A DNA stretch of 64,000 bases from Malacoraja senta (Eukaryota), in contig JAXLNO010000237.1 in assembly GCA_038087875.1 (NCBI GenBank), positions 1 through 64,000 on the forward strand. Direction: 5' to 3'. A model generated the notes under the pieces. The model was not told where the DNA came from. It ran no database searches and saw nothing but the letters and a program-made list of their open reading frames with translations. This document shows positions 25,831-38,350 of this stretch, in pieces; positions within the stretch are counted from its first letter, which is position 1, and each line of letters begins with the position of its first letter. Made by a program: the position numbers and the translations under genes.

Positions 25831-26757
25831 TGTAATCCAATCCAGGCAACAACTTAGTGAACACCTTCTACATCCTCTCATCCTTCCTCTTGTGTGGTGA
25901 TCAGAACTGCACACAATTCTCCAACGAGGCCTAACTAGAGTTTTATACAACGGCACCATGACATTGACTTTTATATTTAATATCCCAATCAATGAAGGAA
26001 AGCATGCCATATGCCTTCTTTACTACCCTATCCATCCCTGTTGCTGCCTTCAGGGAGCTATGGACTTGCAGCCTAAGATCCCTCTGTATGTCAATGCTCT
26101 GAAGGATCTGCCATGTATTGTACACTTTCCTCTTGCACTGGTCCAGATTAAACTCCATCTGCCATTTCTCCACCCAAATTTCCAACTGCTCTATTAATGT
26201 GCTGTATCATTTGACTACCTTCCTCATTATCCACAACTACTCCAATTTCTGTATTGTCTGCACTTACTAATTAGAGAACTTCATTTTATCCAACTCATTT
26301 ATACCTTGCTATCCTTACCTTGTGTCTTCATGGTAACATACAGTATTGGTCCTGATCTCTAACCAGTTACTCTTTGTGGATTAGCCCTCAAACTGCCTTT
26401 CACAATCTATTTTACCCAGTTTCTGCCTAATGCAGTTCCAATCAGCCTTCCCCCAAAATAGCACTTTCATCCATAGACCAGTTTTATCCTTATCCATAAC
26501 TATTTAAAAACTCATAAAATTATGATCACTGTTCCCAAAATGAACACTCATTGAAATTTCGATCAATCTGGGCAAGCTCATTCCTCAATACACTGTCTAA
26601 TGGGGCACCATTCTGAATTGGATAGCTACATGGTTTTTTTTTTAAACTCCATCTAAACAATTCAGATCCATCTTAATCCTCTGTCTGTAGGGGAGTCCCA
26701 GTCAATGCTGAGGAAGTTGTAATCACCCAGTTCAACAATCCTGTTTTTTTTTCATCT

Positions 26758-29393
26758 CAAGTTCAAGTGAGTTTATTGTCATGTGTCCCTGATAGGACAA
26801 AGAAATTCTTGCTTTGCTTCAGCACAACAGAACATAGTAGGCATTGACTACAAAACAGATCAGTGTGTCCATATACCATTCTATAAATATATACACACAT
26901 GAATCAATATACTGCTAAAGTGTAAATAACAGTTAATTGGCTAATAAAGTTCAGTGTTTTGTCCGAGCCAAGTTTAATAGCCTGATGGCTGTGGGGAAGT
27001 AGGTATTCCTGAACCTGGTCGTTGCAGTCTTCGGGCTCCTGTACCTTCTACCTGAAGGTAGTAGGGAGATGAGTGTGTGGCCAGGATGGTGTGGGTCCTT
27101 GATGATACTGCCAGCCTTTTTGAGGCAGCGACTGTGATAGATCCCCTCGATGGAAGGGAGGTCAGAGCCGATGATGGACTGGGCAGTGTTTACTACTTTT
27201 TGTAGTCTTTTCCTCTCCAGGGCGCTCAAGTTGCCAAACCAAGCCACGATGCAACCGGTCAGCATGCTCTCTACTGTGCACCTGTAGAAGTTAGAGAGAG
27301 TCCTCCTTGACAAACCGACTCTCCGTAATCTTCTCAGGAAGTAGAGGCGCTGATGTGCTTTCTTAATAATGGCATCAGTGTTCTCGGACCAGGAAAGATC
27401 TTCAGAGATGTGCACGCCCAGGAATTTGAAGCTCTTGACCCTTTCAACCATCGACCTGTTGATATAAATGGGACTGTGGGTCCCCATCCTACTCCTTCCA
27501 AAGTCCACAATCAGTTCCTTGGTTTTGCTGGTGTTGAGGGCCAGGTTATTGTGCTGGCACCATATGGACAGTTGCTCGATCTCTCTTCCATACTCTGACT
27601 CATCCCCATCAGTGATACGTCCCACAACAGTGGTGTCGTCAGCGAACTTGATGATGGAGTTCGCACTATGTCCGGCTACGCAGTCATGAGTGTAGAGTGA
27701 GTACAGCAGGGGGCTGAGCACGCAGCCTTGAGGTGCTCCCGTGCTGATTGTTATCGAGTCTGACACATTTCCACCAATACGAACAGTCTGTGGTCTGAGA
27801 GTGAGGAAGTCGAGGATCCAATTGCAGAGGGATGCGCAGAGACCCAGTTCTGCGAGTTTAGTAACCAGCTTGGAGGGGATGATTGTATTAAATGCCGAGC
27901 TGTAATCGATGAATAACAGCCTGACATATGAGTTTTTGTTGTCCAAGTGGTCCAGAGCGGAGTGGAGGGCCAGCGAAATCGCATCCACCATTGATCTGTT
28001 GTGGCGGTAAGCGAACTGCAGTGGGTCCAGGTTTTTGTCGAGGTAGGAGTTGATCTGCGCCATGATCAACCTCTCAAAGCACTTCATCACCACAGGCGTT
28101 AGTGCCACAGGTCGATAGTCATTGAGGCACGTCACCTTACTCTTCTTGGGCACTGGTATAATTGATGCCCTTTTGAAGCAGGTGGGAACCTCAGACCTCA
28201 GAAGTGAGAGGTTGAAAATGTCCGTAAAAACTCCAGCCAGTTGGTCCGCACAGGTTTTTAGAACACGACCAGGTATACCATCAGGTCCAGGCACTTTTCG
28301 AGGGTTCACCCCTCTGAAGGATTTCCTGACGTTGGCCTCTGTGACTGAGACTGAAATACCATCACAGCGAATGGGGGCTCGGCAAGGCACATCGGTGTTC
28401 TCCCTATCAAAGCGTGCGTAAAACACATTGAGCTCATCAGGGAGTAATGTTTCGCCGACATTCGAGCTGCCTCCTGATTTCGACTTGTAAGAGGTGATTG
28501 CATTCAGGCCCTGCCACAGCCGCCGAACATCTGTCTCTTCCTCCAGTTTGGAGCAGAAGTCCCTTTTGGCCTTTTTAATGGCCTTACCAAGGTCGTATCT
28601 GGACTTCTTGTAGGCCACTGTATCATCAGACATGAATGCCCGGTGTCTGGACTTCAGAAGAGTGCGGATCTCAAAGTTCATCCAAGGTTTCTGATTGGGA
28701 AACGCTCGGAAGGTTTTGGTGGGGATGCAGTCCTCCACACACTTCTTAGTGAAGTCTGTAACGACTGTGGCGTATTCGTTCAGGTCCGTTGCCGAGTCCT
28801 TGAACATTGCCCAGTCTACAGACTCCAAACAGTCCTGGGGTTGTTCCTCTGCCCCCCTCCCCCCACCCCCGACCAGCTCTGTACTGTCCTCACCTCTGGG
28901 GTGCGCTCTTTAATTGCTGGTAGGCAGGAAGAAGCAGCACCGCGGTATGGTCGGATTTACCGAAGTGAGGGCGAGGGATAGAACGATAGGCATTCTTGAT
29001 GGTGGTGTAGCAGTGGTCGAGGCTGTTTGGTTCTCTGGTGCAGCAGGAGACATGTTGGTGGAAGTTAGGGAGTGATTTCTTTAGGTTTGCCTTATTGAAG
29101 TCCCCGGCTATGGTGGTGAACGCCTCGGGGTAAGACGTCTGGTGTTTGTTGACCACGGCGTGCAGCTCCTCCAGTGCCAGACGGACGTCTGCCTGGGGTG
29201 GGATGTAGACCGCGGTCATGATGATGGAGATGAATTCCCTTGGGAGGTAGAAGGGACAGCACTTCACCGCCAGATGTTCGAGGTGTGGAGAGCAGGAGTT
29301 GGACAGGACTGCCACGTCTGAGCACCACGCAGAGTTGACCATGAGGCAGACGCCCCCTCCTCTCCCTTTCCCAGATGCCAGTGTACGGTCCAT
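26758..29393 (-). mobile_element. Rex1/Babar-clade LINE, 5'-truncated
   Basis: APE endonuclease fragment (28890-29393: GRGGGVC, YLPREF, AGDFN, LDHCY, GKSDH), RT ORF, 3' UTR ending ATGACAATAAACTCACTTGAACTTG. Confidence 0.9.
26951..28828 (-). CDS. Rex1/Babar LINE reverse transcriptase (uninterrupted 625-aa part of the pol ORF)
   Basis: Motifs GPDGI, NDYRPVALT, LDPLQFAYR, FIDYSSAFNTI, GAPQGCVLSPLLY, KFADD, FKFLGV. Confidence 0.9.
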   Translation of the reverse strand: MESVDWAMFKDSATDLNEYATVVTDFTKKCVEDCIPTKTFRAFPNQKPWMNFEIRTLLKSRHRAFMSDDTVAYKKSRYDLGKAIKKAKRDFCSKLEEETDVRRLWQGLNAITSYKSKSGGSSNVGETLLPDELNVFYARFDRENTDVPCRAPIRCDGISVSVTEANVRKSFRGVNPRKVPGPDGIPGRVLKTCADQLAGVFTDIFNLSLLRSEVPTCFKRASIIPVPKKSKVTCLNDYRPVALTPVVMKCFERLIMAQINSYLDKNLDPLQFAYRHNRSMVDAISLALHSALDHLDNKNSYVRLLFIDYSSAFNTIIPSKLVTKLAELGLCASLCNWILDFLTLRPQTVRIGGNVSDSITISTGAPQGCVLSPLLYSLYTHDCVAGHSANSIIKFADDTTVVGRITDGDESEYGREIEQLSIWCQHNNLALNTSKTKELIVDFGRSRMGTHSPIYINRSMVERVKSFKFLGVHISEDLSWSENTDAIIKKAHQRLYFLRRLRRVGLSRRTLSNFYRCTVESMLTGCIVAWFGNLSALERKRLQKVVNTAQSIIGSDLPSIEGIYHSRCLKKAGSIIKDPHHPGHTLISLLPSGRRYRSPKTATTRFRNTYFPTAIRLLNLARTKH

Positions 29394-29939
29394 ATCTTTC
29401 CTTTGGCTCTCTGCATATCTATTCCATTATTTATTGCTGTCTATTTGGAGGCCATTTGTATAATCCCATCAAAATGATTTTATCTTTCTTATTCCTCAAT
29501 GGATGAGCCCTCCAAAATGTATTTTCTAAATGAAGCTATGACATTCTTCCTAATCAGTAATGCAACTCCAACATGTCTTTTATTTCCCTTTCTATCACAT
29601 CTGAAACATCTGGATGTTAGAACATTGAGTTGTTAGGATTTCTACCATTGTGTTATACTCGCATTAAAATGAGTACACCTCAGACCGTCCGTCCCACCTG
29701 TTTATTAACTGCTTGTTACTGCTCTTAGATCTATTTGAGTGAACTACTTTCTCCTCATTCATTCCACCCTCTGCTGTACACATCTAAACTAAGAAACCTT
29801 CCTGCAAGGATATTTGTAGCCCTCCAGTTTAGGTGCAACCAGTCTTTCTTGAATAGGTCCCATCTGCCTTGAAAAGACAATCCAAGTATCTGAACAATCC
29901 AAGTATCTGAAGTCTTCGCTCCTACACCAGCTGTTTAGG

Positions 29940-30793
29940 AGCGAAGATGGCGGATGTGCAGGAGTGGGCGCCGGTTGTGCGGGCTGCCTGCCTGCAGTCC
30001 GTCCTCTAACCCTTTTTATTGTCTATAATTTTTATTTGGAGGTCTATTCTTTCTATGTGGGGGGTGGGGGGAAACTGCTTTAACCCCAGTCCTACCTGGT
30101 CGGAGATGCGGTTTTCCTCCAAATCGCATCTTCGCTCTCCCCATGCGGCCTTCCATCGGGCTGGAGCGTCGTTTCCTGCCGGGACCACAGCTTCGGCGGC
30201 ACAGCGCTGGGACACCAACACGGAGCGGGCGATGCCTTGCCGGGTCGCCGCTCCGGAGTGCTATGACCGCCGACCACCAACATCGAGCAGCCGCGGGCTG
30301 CGGTCTGAGGGCATCCCGCCGTGGGCGGGCGGCGCTGGATCGAAAACACCGCGGAGTCAGAGTCGAAGCTCCAACCGGCGCGGCCTGAAGACTACGGGCG
30401 TCGCAGTCTCCGGGGAGGGAGCGGCCGCTCCAGACACTTCCAATCCGCTGAGGACTTTCCACCCGATGCTGGTGTTCCAGCTTCCCGGCGGGTGGGTCTA
30501 CAACATCGGGCTGCCGTTGCGGCGACTGGCTGCGGAGGCCTCAAACTGGCCCCGACTTCGGGTGGACTAGGAGGAGGACTGGACATTTTGGTGCCTTTCC
30601 CTCACAGTGGAGAGTGTCGACTCTGCTGTGGGGGGATGTTCGTGTTGAATCTCTAATTGTGTGTCCTGTCTTTTTTTTAATTCTACCTTTTTTATTTTTC
30701 ATTTATATGGATAATTCTCTCTGTAAAGCACTTTGGCTTCAGTGATTTGATTGAAAAGTGCTATATAAATAAACTTACTTTACTTTACTTTAC
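29940..30793 (+). mobile_element. GC-rich non-autonomous element with L2-type tail
   Basis: Starts near AAGATGGCGG; tail GTAAAGCACTTTG..GAAAAGTGCTATATAAATAAA(CTTTA)n resembles the L2 tail at 56305-56365; TAGGAG on both sides. Confidence 0.65.
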
Positions 30794-31101
30794 TAGGAGT
30801 ATTGTATCATTTCTAGCCACCCTAGCATGTGGCACAGGGAGTAACCATGAGATTATAATACAAGGGGTTTTGCTTTTTACCTTTCTACCAAACTTCCTAA
30901 GTTCCCTTTGAAGGACCTCATGTCTCTTCCTGTTTAGATCATTGGTACCATTATGGACCATGATCTCTAGAGGGTCACCTTCTCCATTCAGAGTGTCTTA
31001 TGTCTGCTCTGAGACATGGATGACCCTGGCAGCAGAAATATACACTCTCTCCTGGAAACTCTTTCATGGCTACAGAACTGCCTATCCATGCCCCTGACTA
31101 T

Positions 31102-32006
31102 GGGGGCGCTGCTTTGGCAGCAGCCATGTCAGCAGTGCGTCAGTTTTTTCAACTTTATTTTTTATTTTTAGTATGTTTTAAAATGTGTAATTAATGTTTC
31201 TTTGTATGTCTTGTGTGGGGGGTGGTGTGGGGGGGTAAGGGGGAAACCGCTTTGGTCGCCTCCTCCATGGAGAGGCGACTTTTTCCAGGTCGCCTCCCCC
31301 GTGGCCTAACATCAAGGATCGGCGCGGCCTTTCCCGGAGACGTGCCCGGGCTTCAGCGGCGGGCGCAGCGTGGACTCTCGGCGTGGAGCGGGTGAACCCT
31401 CGCTGGGGCTCGCTGGAGGGGAGCGCTCCGTTTCGCTGGCCCGGGGCAGCCGGCAGCCTGAAGTCGCAGCCTGAAGTCACGGTCTGCAGAGCTCCAGCTG
31501 GTGCGGCGTCTACAGCCCGGGATCCCTCTTGGGGGACCCGGGGGAAGAAGAAGAAGCCATCATTGCCGGCCCGCGGCCAACTTCTACCGCGGGGCCGGCA
31601 TGGACTTACCATCACCCCTGGAGGGGAGCTTCGACCGCCGGCCCTGCAGTCTACGGTGCTTCTGGCTGCGGCAGGGACTTTAAATCTTGACCGCCGGCCT
31701 GCGGCCCACAACAATCTAAAGCCGCGGTCTCCGGTGAGGAAGAGCCGATCCTGGACTGACTTGGACTCTGGTCCTGTCCACGGGGGGGAAATGGAGGAGG
31801 ACTGGCCAAATTTTTGTGCCTTCCACCACAGTGATGAATGCTGTGGTGGATGTTTGTGTTACTTTTTGTGTGTTCTTTTTATTGTATCGCTGCTGACAAC
31901 CCAATCCATTGCCGGGTCGCTGCTCATGCGGTCGACCGGTCGGTGCAGATTAAATGTATTGTTTGTTTAAATTGCCCCTCGGGGACAAATAAAGTGCTTG
32001 GTTGGT
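31102..32006 (+). mobile_element. GC-rich non-autonomous element with stem-loop tail
   Basis: Shared body motifs with the other two copies; tail TTGCCCCTCGGGGACAAATAAAGT; TATGG on both sides. Confidence 0.6.
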
Positions 32007-33671
32007 ATGGAGTCCCCCATCACTACTGCACATACACACTTTGACATTCCCTGCTGTAACGGAGACACTCGTGGTGTCACTAATCTGGCCACCGGATTTA
32101 TTTTCCCTATGAAAGGCCATTGCCCTCAAAAGTATCCAAAACAGTATACTTGTTAAAGAGAGGAATAACCACAGAGCATTCCTGTACAGTTTGCCTTCCT
32201 CTTCTGGTGGCCACGCATCTATCTGACCAGCTCTGCGGTGCGACCACCTTCCTGAAACTCCTATCTATAACTCTGCCTCCTGTTTGCTCTTCAGTATGTC
32301 CATCAGCTGCTCCAACCGAACCATGCCTAACCAGATGAGCTGCAGGTGGATGCACTTAGTCATTGGGGAAACTTGACATCTCCCTGATGATCTCCCACAT
32401 CTAACAGGATTATTTTCCCCGTGACTATCAAACTGTATAACGCCTCCCACTTCTGTTGTAGGATAGACTGACTCCCCCCCCCCCCCACCATCCCCCCCCC
32501 CCCCCCCCCCCATCTTTGCATATCCTTCATCCAGGACCTTTGCACTCGATAATTTAATTTCATGTTTGTGCAATATTATATATGTGCCGTGCAATAACTG
32601 GTCACTTAAATTTCATTGTAATTATAATGCACACGGCACTTGCAATGCCTTGTAACTGCATCTTTTGATTGGTGGCAGACCAATTTCCCTCTGGGATAAA
32701 TAAAGTTGTATCATATCGTAGGATTAATTTTCTCTCGTTCTACATTCGTTAATATTCTACATTCAAGCTCAAACTCCTTTCGCACATAATTTGTGTGGAA
32801 TTTGTGGTGCTGTTGGATACCTTATTGAGTACTTCCTGGGAGCAAAGCAAACTATTCACTGGGAGCTGCAATTAAACTGAAACACAGTTGCATTGTAACC
32901 AAAAATAACAAGATGAGCACATTATTGAAAACTGCACTGGTCAAGAGTTCCATAAAAAATAACATCAAATAAAGCATTGATTTGAGATGGCAATGTGGTG
33001 AGTTGGTGTAAATCACACTTGTGCCATTAAGTCTAAACAGAAAATGTTAGAACTACTGAGAACAGCAAGAGAAACAAGATTAATGTTTTACCTCAATGCT
33101 TTTTCATCAGATCTAGAAAAAAATAAAGTTTTAGGTTGCAGAAATGGGAAGGGCAGAGAGAATATAAGGAATGTTTGAGGTTAGGTGGGGACCACGAGGG
33201 ACTGAATGACTCAAGTGGCGGTGACGAAAAGAGGGTGTGTGAGGGGTTATGTCATCAAGAGGGAGGCCATGGATTCACTCCCCTCCACACACTGGACCTA
33301 CATTCCTTTCTTCCATTAATTTTAACGTTTTAGATACATTATTTTAAATACTATAATAACATAAGCCTGTAAGCCTCTTCCCACTGAATTCAGATCTGAT
33401 TTTACTCCTCGTCTTCCTTCTCTTGCTCGTTCCCCATAATCATTGACTACCCACAGTACAAACTTCTTTCTCAGCCTTCAATATATCCAATGACTCAGTC
33501 TCCATAGGTCTTTGGGGTAGAAAATTCCAAATGTTTGCATCAATCTAAAAGAGGAAATTCCTTCCCATCTCCATCTTCAGTGAGTTGAAATTGTGGCCCA
33601 TTGTTCTAGATTTCTCCACAAACGGAAACATCCTCTCAGCTTGTACTCTGTCGGACCTTCTCAACGTTTAG

Positions 33672-33895
33672 ACCGAAGATAGACACAAAATGCTGGAGTA
33701 ACTCCGCAGGACAGGCAGCATCTCTGGAGAAAAGGAATGGATGGCGCATTGGGTCGAGACCTTTCTTCCTGAAGAAGGGCCTCGACCCAAATCATCACCC
33801 ATTCCTTCTCTCCAGAGATGCTGCTTGTCCCGCTGAGTTACTCCAGCATTTTGTGTCTATCTTCGGTATAAACCAGCACCTGCTGTTCCTCCCTA
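33672..33895. mobile_element. Penelope-derived hairpin element
   Basis: About 100-bp inverted arms with central CTGAAGAAGGGCCTCGACCC. Confidence 0.85.
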
Positions 33896-34139
33896 TAGAA
33901 CATTTAGATTTTTCAGTAAGGTCACCTCACTCTTCTGGACTGCGATGAGTGTAGATCTAACCATCTCAACCTTTCCTCAAAACAGCCCCCTACTTCCCAG
34001 GATTCAGAAGTGAACCGTCTCCAGATTGCCTCTTTCTTACATGTGATAGAAAATAGAACTGTTAGATTGGTACTTTTAAGGTGCAACTTCATAAGGTTGG
34101 TGCAAAACACCAGACGATTGGTCTATGTTTAATGCTTTT

Positions 34140-34435
34140 GGTTAGTTTGGAGATACAGCCTGGAAACAGGCCTTTCAGCCCACCGAGTCCATACTGACCA
34201 GCGATCACCCATAGACTAGTTCCATCCTGTACACTAGGAACAATTTACAAAAGCATATTAACCTGTAAGCCTGAACATCTTTAGAGTGTGGCAGAAATCT
34301 GGTGCAACCAGAGGAAACACATGGGGGTCACAGGGAGAATGTACAAACTCTGTACAGGTAGCACCCGCAGTCAGGATCGAACCTGGGTCTCCAATGCTGT
34401 AAGGCAACAGCTCTATGGCTGCACCACTGTGCTAC
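34140..34435 (-). mobile_element. tRNA-derived SINE (HE1-like)
   Basis: Homologous to 740-1043. Confidence 0.8.
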
Positions 34436-35655
34436 CTGAAGGAGATGATTGATACCCTTTAATAATCCTTACATGGGCACAATGGACCATATGGTTTCCT
34501 TCTTTGCAGTGTATTTGTACAATTTGCCACTCGAGAGCACAGTGTGCACTTTGTAGTTAGAGACATAGAGCCTGCAATGTGGTGGAAGTTTGTACAACCT
34601 GGATGTTTTGCAAGGAAGCAGTTACTTGAGTTACCTTGCCAGTTTAACATGGATAAGATGGATGGACAGGTATGTCCCTACCTACTCTCCTGAAACAACT
34701 GTGCTAAATCCTATGATCATTCACTGGCTAGTTGAGAAATACTACCCTTCTTAGGCAAATTGTAAAACACACCAGTAGAACATAGTTCCTGCACTGAACC
34801 TCAAGAGGATTCCAAGCAACAGAAGCACTAAAACTAAGCAATACCTCAGCCTAGGATGGGTGAATAGGCTGAAAATGTTTATTATTTCTTGTGTTTTTTA
34901 CACCTTTTCTAAATTCTATCAAATTACTATCAAATTCTATCAAATAGGTGTGTTAGGTTCCAGTTTAAGGCTCTAACAGCAGGGTGGCATCATTCACTAT
35001 AAACTTCATCAGTTCATGCTTATGTCAAACAGACACCCAGGGTTATTAGGTGACAGAAGGAATCTGAAGCAAGGGTGTGTAGTTTATTTGGGAGGTTCTG
35101 CGGTCTTTCATCGAGTGCGCAAAGATCAATGCAATACCGTAATTTGTGCAATTTCATGTCATTAGCAGAGGCAGAAGGTTAATTGCTGAGCTGCCACTTC
35201 TTTAAACTGCCTACGTCATTGAAACCAAAATGTGCCATGACCTCTGTCTCCTCGCCTTCCTCTTTTGGAATATCCTATGCCCGCTCAGAGGCATCCTTGA
35301 CCCTGGCACCAGGGAGGCACACACTGTCCAGGGATCTCACTCGTGGCGTTGGAATGTAAGATCGACCAATTTGTTTTCTTAACCCAGGGGCAAGGTTGCA
35401 AGTGCTGGTTGAAATAGCAAGGGCCAAGATGCTGGCAAATGAAATGGTCAGACCTAGTCCCACCCAGCTCAGAGCAGAACACCACACATTGGACAGTGGC
35501 TGAATATCTGGAGAAATTAATCATCACATGCCCCGGATGAACGGATAAGAATAGCAGGTGCTACGTCAAGTCCAGCATGGTCTGGTTCTTTGTATTCAAG
35601 CTTCAGAGTTGATATTGCATATCATAAGGGATGTGGCAACATTGGTACTAAACTG

Positions 35656-36180
35656 AGTCCATCTATTCCGCCTGGGCAACTTGCAACCCGACGGTATGAA
35701 CATTGAATTCTCTAATTTTAGGTAACTAACCCATAAACAGCCGCCTCCCCCCTCCCCCCCCCCCTGCCCTTGCTCTCCCCCACTTCCCCACTCCCCTCCC
35801 CTGAACCCTGGCTGACTCACAGCAGTTTCTCCCCTCCCCTTTCCCATCCATTTCACCTTCACCCTCATCCCTTCCACTGGCGACACAATTCACAACATTT
35901 CTATCCCCAGAGCTTCACAATTCACACAACTCTTTATCCTTTTGGGCTCACACCTGTCTTTTCACGTCCAACCATCTGCCTATCAGCCCCCTGCCCCCCT
36001 CCTCCTCACCTGTGTTCACATATACCTGTCATGCCCCTCCTCTCTTCCATTTTTCTTTATCCCACCCCCCCCCCTCAATCAGACTGAAGAAGGGTCCCAA
36101 CCCCAAACATCACCTATCCATGTTCTCTAGAGATGCAGCCGAACTCATTGATTTACTCCTGCGTTTTGTGTCTTTCTTTA
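35656..36180 (+). mobile_element. Penelope-like element 3' fragment (ORF end, UTR, terminal repeat)
   Basis: Encodes HLFRLGNLQPDGMNIEFSNFR*, typical of the end of a PLE GIY-YIG domain; then C-rich UTR, CTGAAGAAGGGTCC at about 36084 and the hairpin-family arm. Confidence 0.8.
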
Positions 36181-37029
36181 GTATAGGTTGGACAATTTCC
36201 AAACTTTGACAACTCTAGACATACGGCACCATAGGCAAAACAGTCTCTTCCCAAAACATGTATCTCCATGTTTACATACATTTCAGGTAATTCTATCAGT
36301 AACAATAATGATTCATTCTCAGTAGCAGACCTTCTGTTGGGAAAGTGTGCCTAACTACACATTGAAACTGCCTCCCAAGCAGCACAGCTGGTGTGGACGG
36401 TAAGAGCAGAGTTCTACAGATCGGGAAGTGTTGTGTTCAGTGGCTGGCTTCTGCTGGTTTAGCTGTCACGCTTTCAACTCAGTTAGGCAGTGTGTCATCA
36501 CGGAGCTCTGGAAGGAATCATTTGCCATTACTCAACGGGTCTTTACTGAAATACTGCCGTGTGATTTTGACCAAGCCCTTGGTTCAGTTGCAGTCAGATG
36601 CAAATTGGGGAAAAACTACAGGGGTGTGGTTTTTTTTAAACCATGGAGATTAGTTCTTTTTGAATCAGCTTTGGCAGACAGCATAAGAAGAGTTTTTTTT
36701 TATATCTCCAGTTAACCACATTGTTGTTGCTGGGCGTATAAGGTATTTCCACAGATTTTGACAGCACTGCCTGCAGCATTTTCAGGTGTGGTGTGTCTGC
36801 GGCAATATGTTAAGACAACAAAAGCTTGGTGGTGAGATATCTTGGTGATCTTGTTCAGTAGTGGACAGGAGATGTACATCTACTCAAACTAGGTGTCCAA
36901 CAACACCATCTGCTAAATGTGATAATGTGTTTTCTTTAAGCAAGGAATCCTGAAGATAGATAGGACTGTTTATAAACTTACACATAACTTCAGAGCACCC
37001 TCCTTCATTGCAACACTGAGGAAATTTCT

Positions 37030-37365
37030 TCAGAAGATGGACACATAATGCTAGAGTAACTCAACGGGTCAAGCAGTATCTCTGGAGAAAAGGAATAGGT
37101 GACATTTCAGGTCAAGGCCCTTCTTCAGACTGAGAGTCAGGGGAGAGGGAAACTAAAGGTATGAAAAGGTACAGAACAAACAGCCGGCACCAATGACTCT
37201 AGAAAGGTGGAGCCCACAATGGTCCATTGTTGGATGTGGAAGAGGTGATAATGAACGGATATAAACAATGAAACTAGCAAGATGACTGGGGTGGGGGAGG
37301 GAATGCAAAGGTTAATTGAGATTAGAGAAACCAATATTCATACCGCTGAGTTATAAACTGTCCAG
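37030..37365 (-). mobile_element. Penelope-like element 3' fragment
   Basis: Minus-strand SL.LSGMNIGFSN remnant (37320-37360) plus terminal repeat. Confidence 0.7.
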
Positions 37366-38029
37366 AGCAAGCTTAGGCCAATGCTGCTCACTGAATCAAT
37401 GGGAGTTGCCTGGCTGGCAAGTTCCTATCACTGATAGTAGGGTACAACATTCGATCAAACGATGTTGGGTTGAAGTAGTTCCACAGAATGAGCAACTGAG
37501 GTTTGGCCTGTGAGTCACTGGTGAGTCACAACGGCAAACATCATTCAGTAAAAATAACATTAAAAAAAAACATAATTTTGCAAAGATTACTCACAATTGC
37601 TTAACAGGATTAACTGCAGCTTTTAAAGTTTTTTTTAGAAAAATAAGTGCAGAAATTCTGTGTTTTAGTTGGTCGTCAGCAACCACAAGAAACCTTGGTC
37701 ACATGAAACCTGACTATTCAGATGTCAGGTTTCCCATTTTCTCTTTGTTCGTCACCATTCATTTACCGAGACTTTTTCGATCTTTTTCTGAGCAACACAT
37801 CGATGCACTTTAACTTACAGGAGGACTTCCCTGTCGATCTCTCCCTTTCTCCCGGTTGAATGTAGCTTCCCATACTGTCCCCTTCCTAAGATAGACACAA
37901 AAAGCTGGAGTAACTCAGCGGGTCATACAGCATCTCTGGAGAAAAGGAATGGGTGATGTTTCGGGTCGAGACCCTTCTTCACTCCTGTCCCCATCCTACC
38001 TGTGTAGAATATGATATAATATGTTGATT

Positions 38030-38350
38030 GGTTGAAAGATACTGCATGGAAACAGGCCCTTCGGCCCACCGAATCCATGCTGACCATCGATCACCCATTG
38101 ACACTAATTTTACTGTACATTATCCCACTTTCGCATTCACTCCCTACACGCAAGGAGCAATTTCCAGAGGCCAATTAACCCACAGACCTGGGTATATTTG
38201 GCATGTGGGAGGAATCTGGAGCACCTGGATGAAATCCACGCAGTCACAGGGAGAACATGCAAACTCCACACAGACAGCAACCAAGGTCATAATTGATCAC
38301 AGTTCTCAGGCGCTGTGAGGCAGCAGCTCTATCAGCTGTGCTATGGTTCC
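38030..38350 (-). mobile_element. tRNA-derived SINE (HE1-like)
   Basis: Diverged homolog of 740-1043. Confidence 0.75.

Larger units (their letters stand above)
24215..32460 (-). mobile_element. Old, long CR1 LINE fragmented by later insertions
   Basis: Collinear minus-strand pieces: 3' UTR at 24215; LYKTLVRP and WQMEFN (25830-26200); endonuclease remnants (26400-26750, 29400-29640); ORF1-like remnants (29700-29935, 30795-31100, NKYTVLDT at about 32107-32200). Confidence 0.7.

Noticed and set aside
30006..31970. Long GC-rich ORFs (148-195 aa) on both strands
   Set aside because: They lie within GC-rich repeats where stops are rare; no recognisable domain
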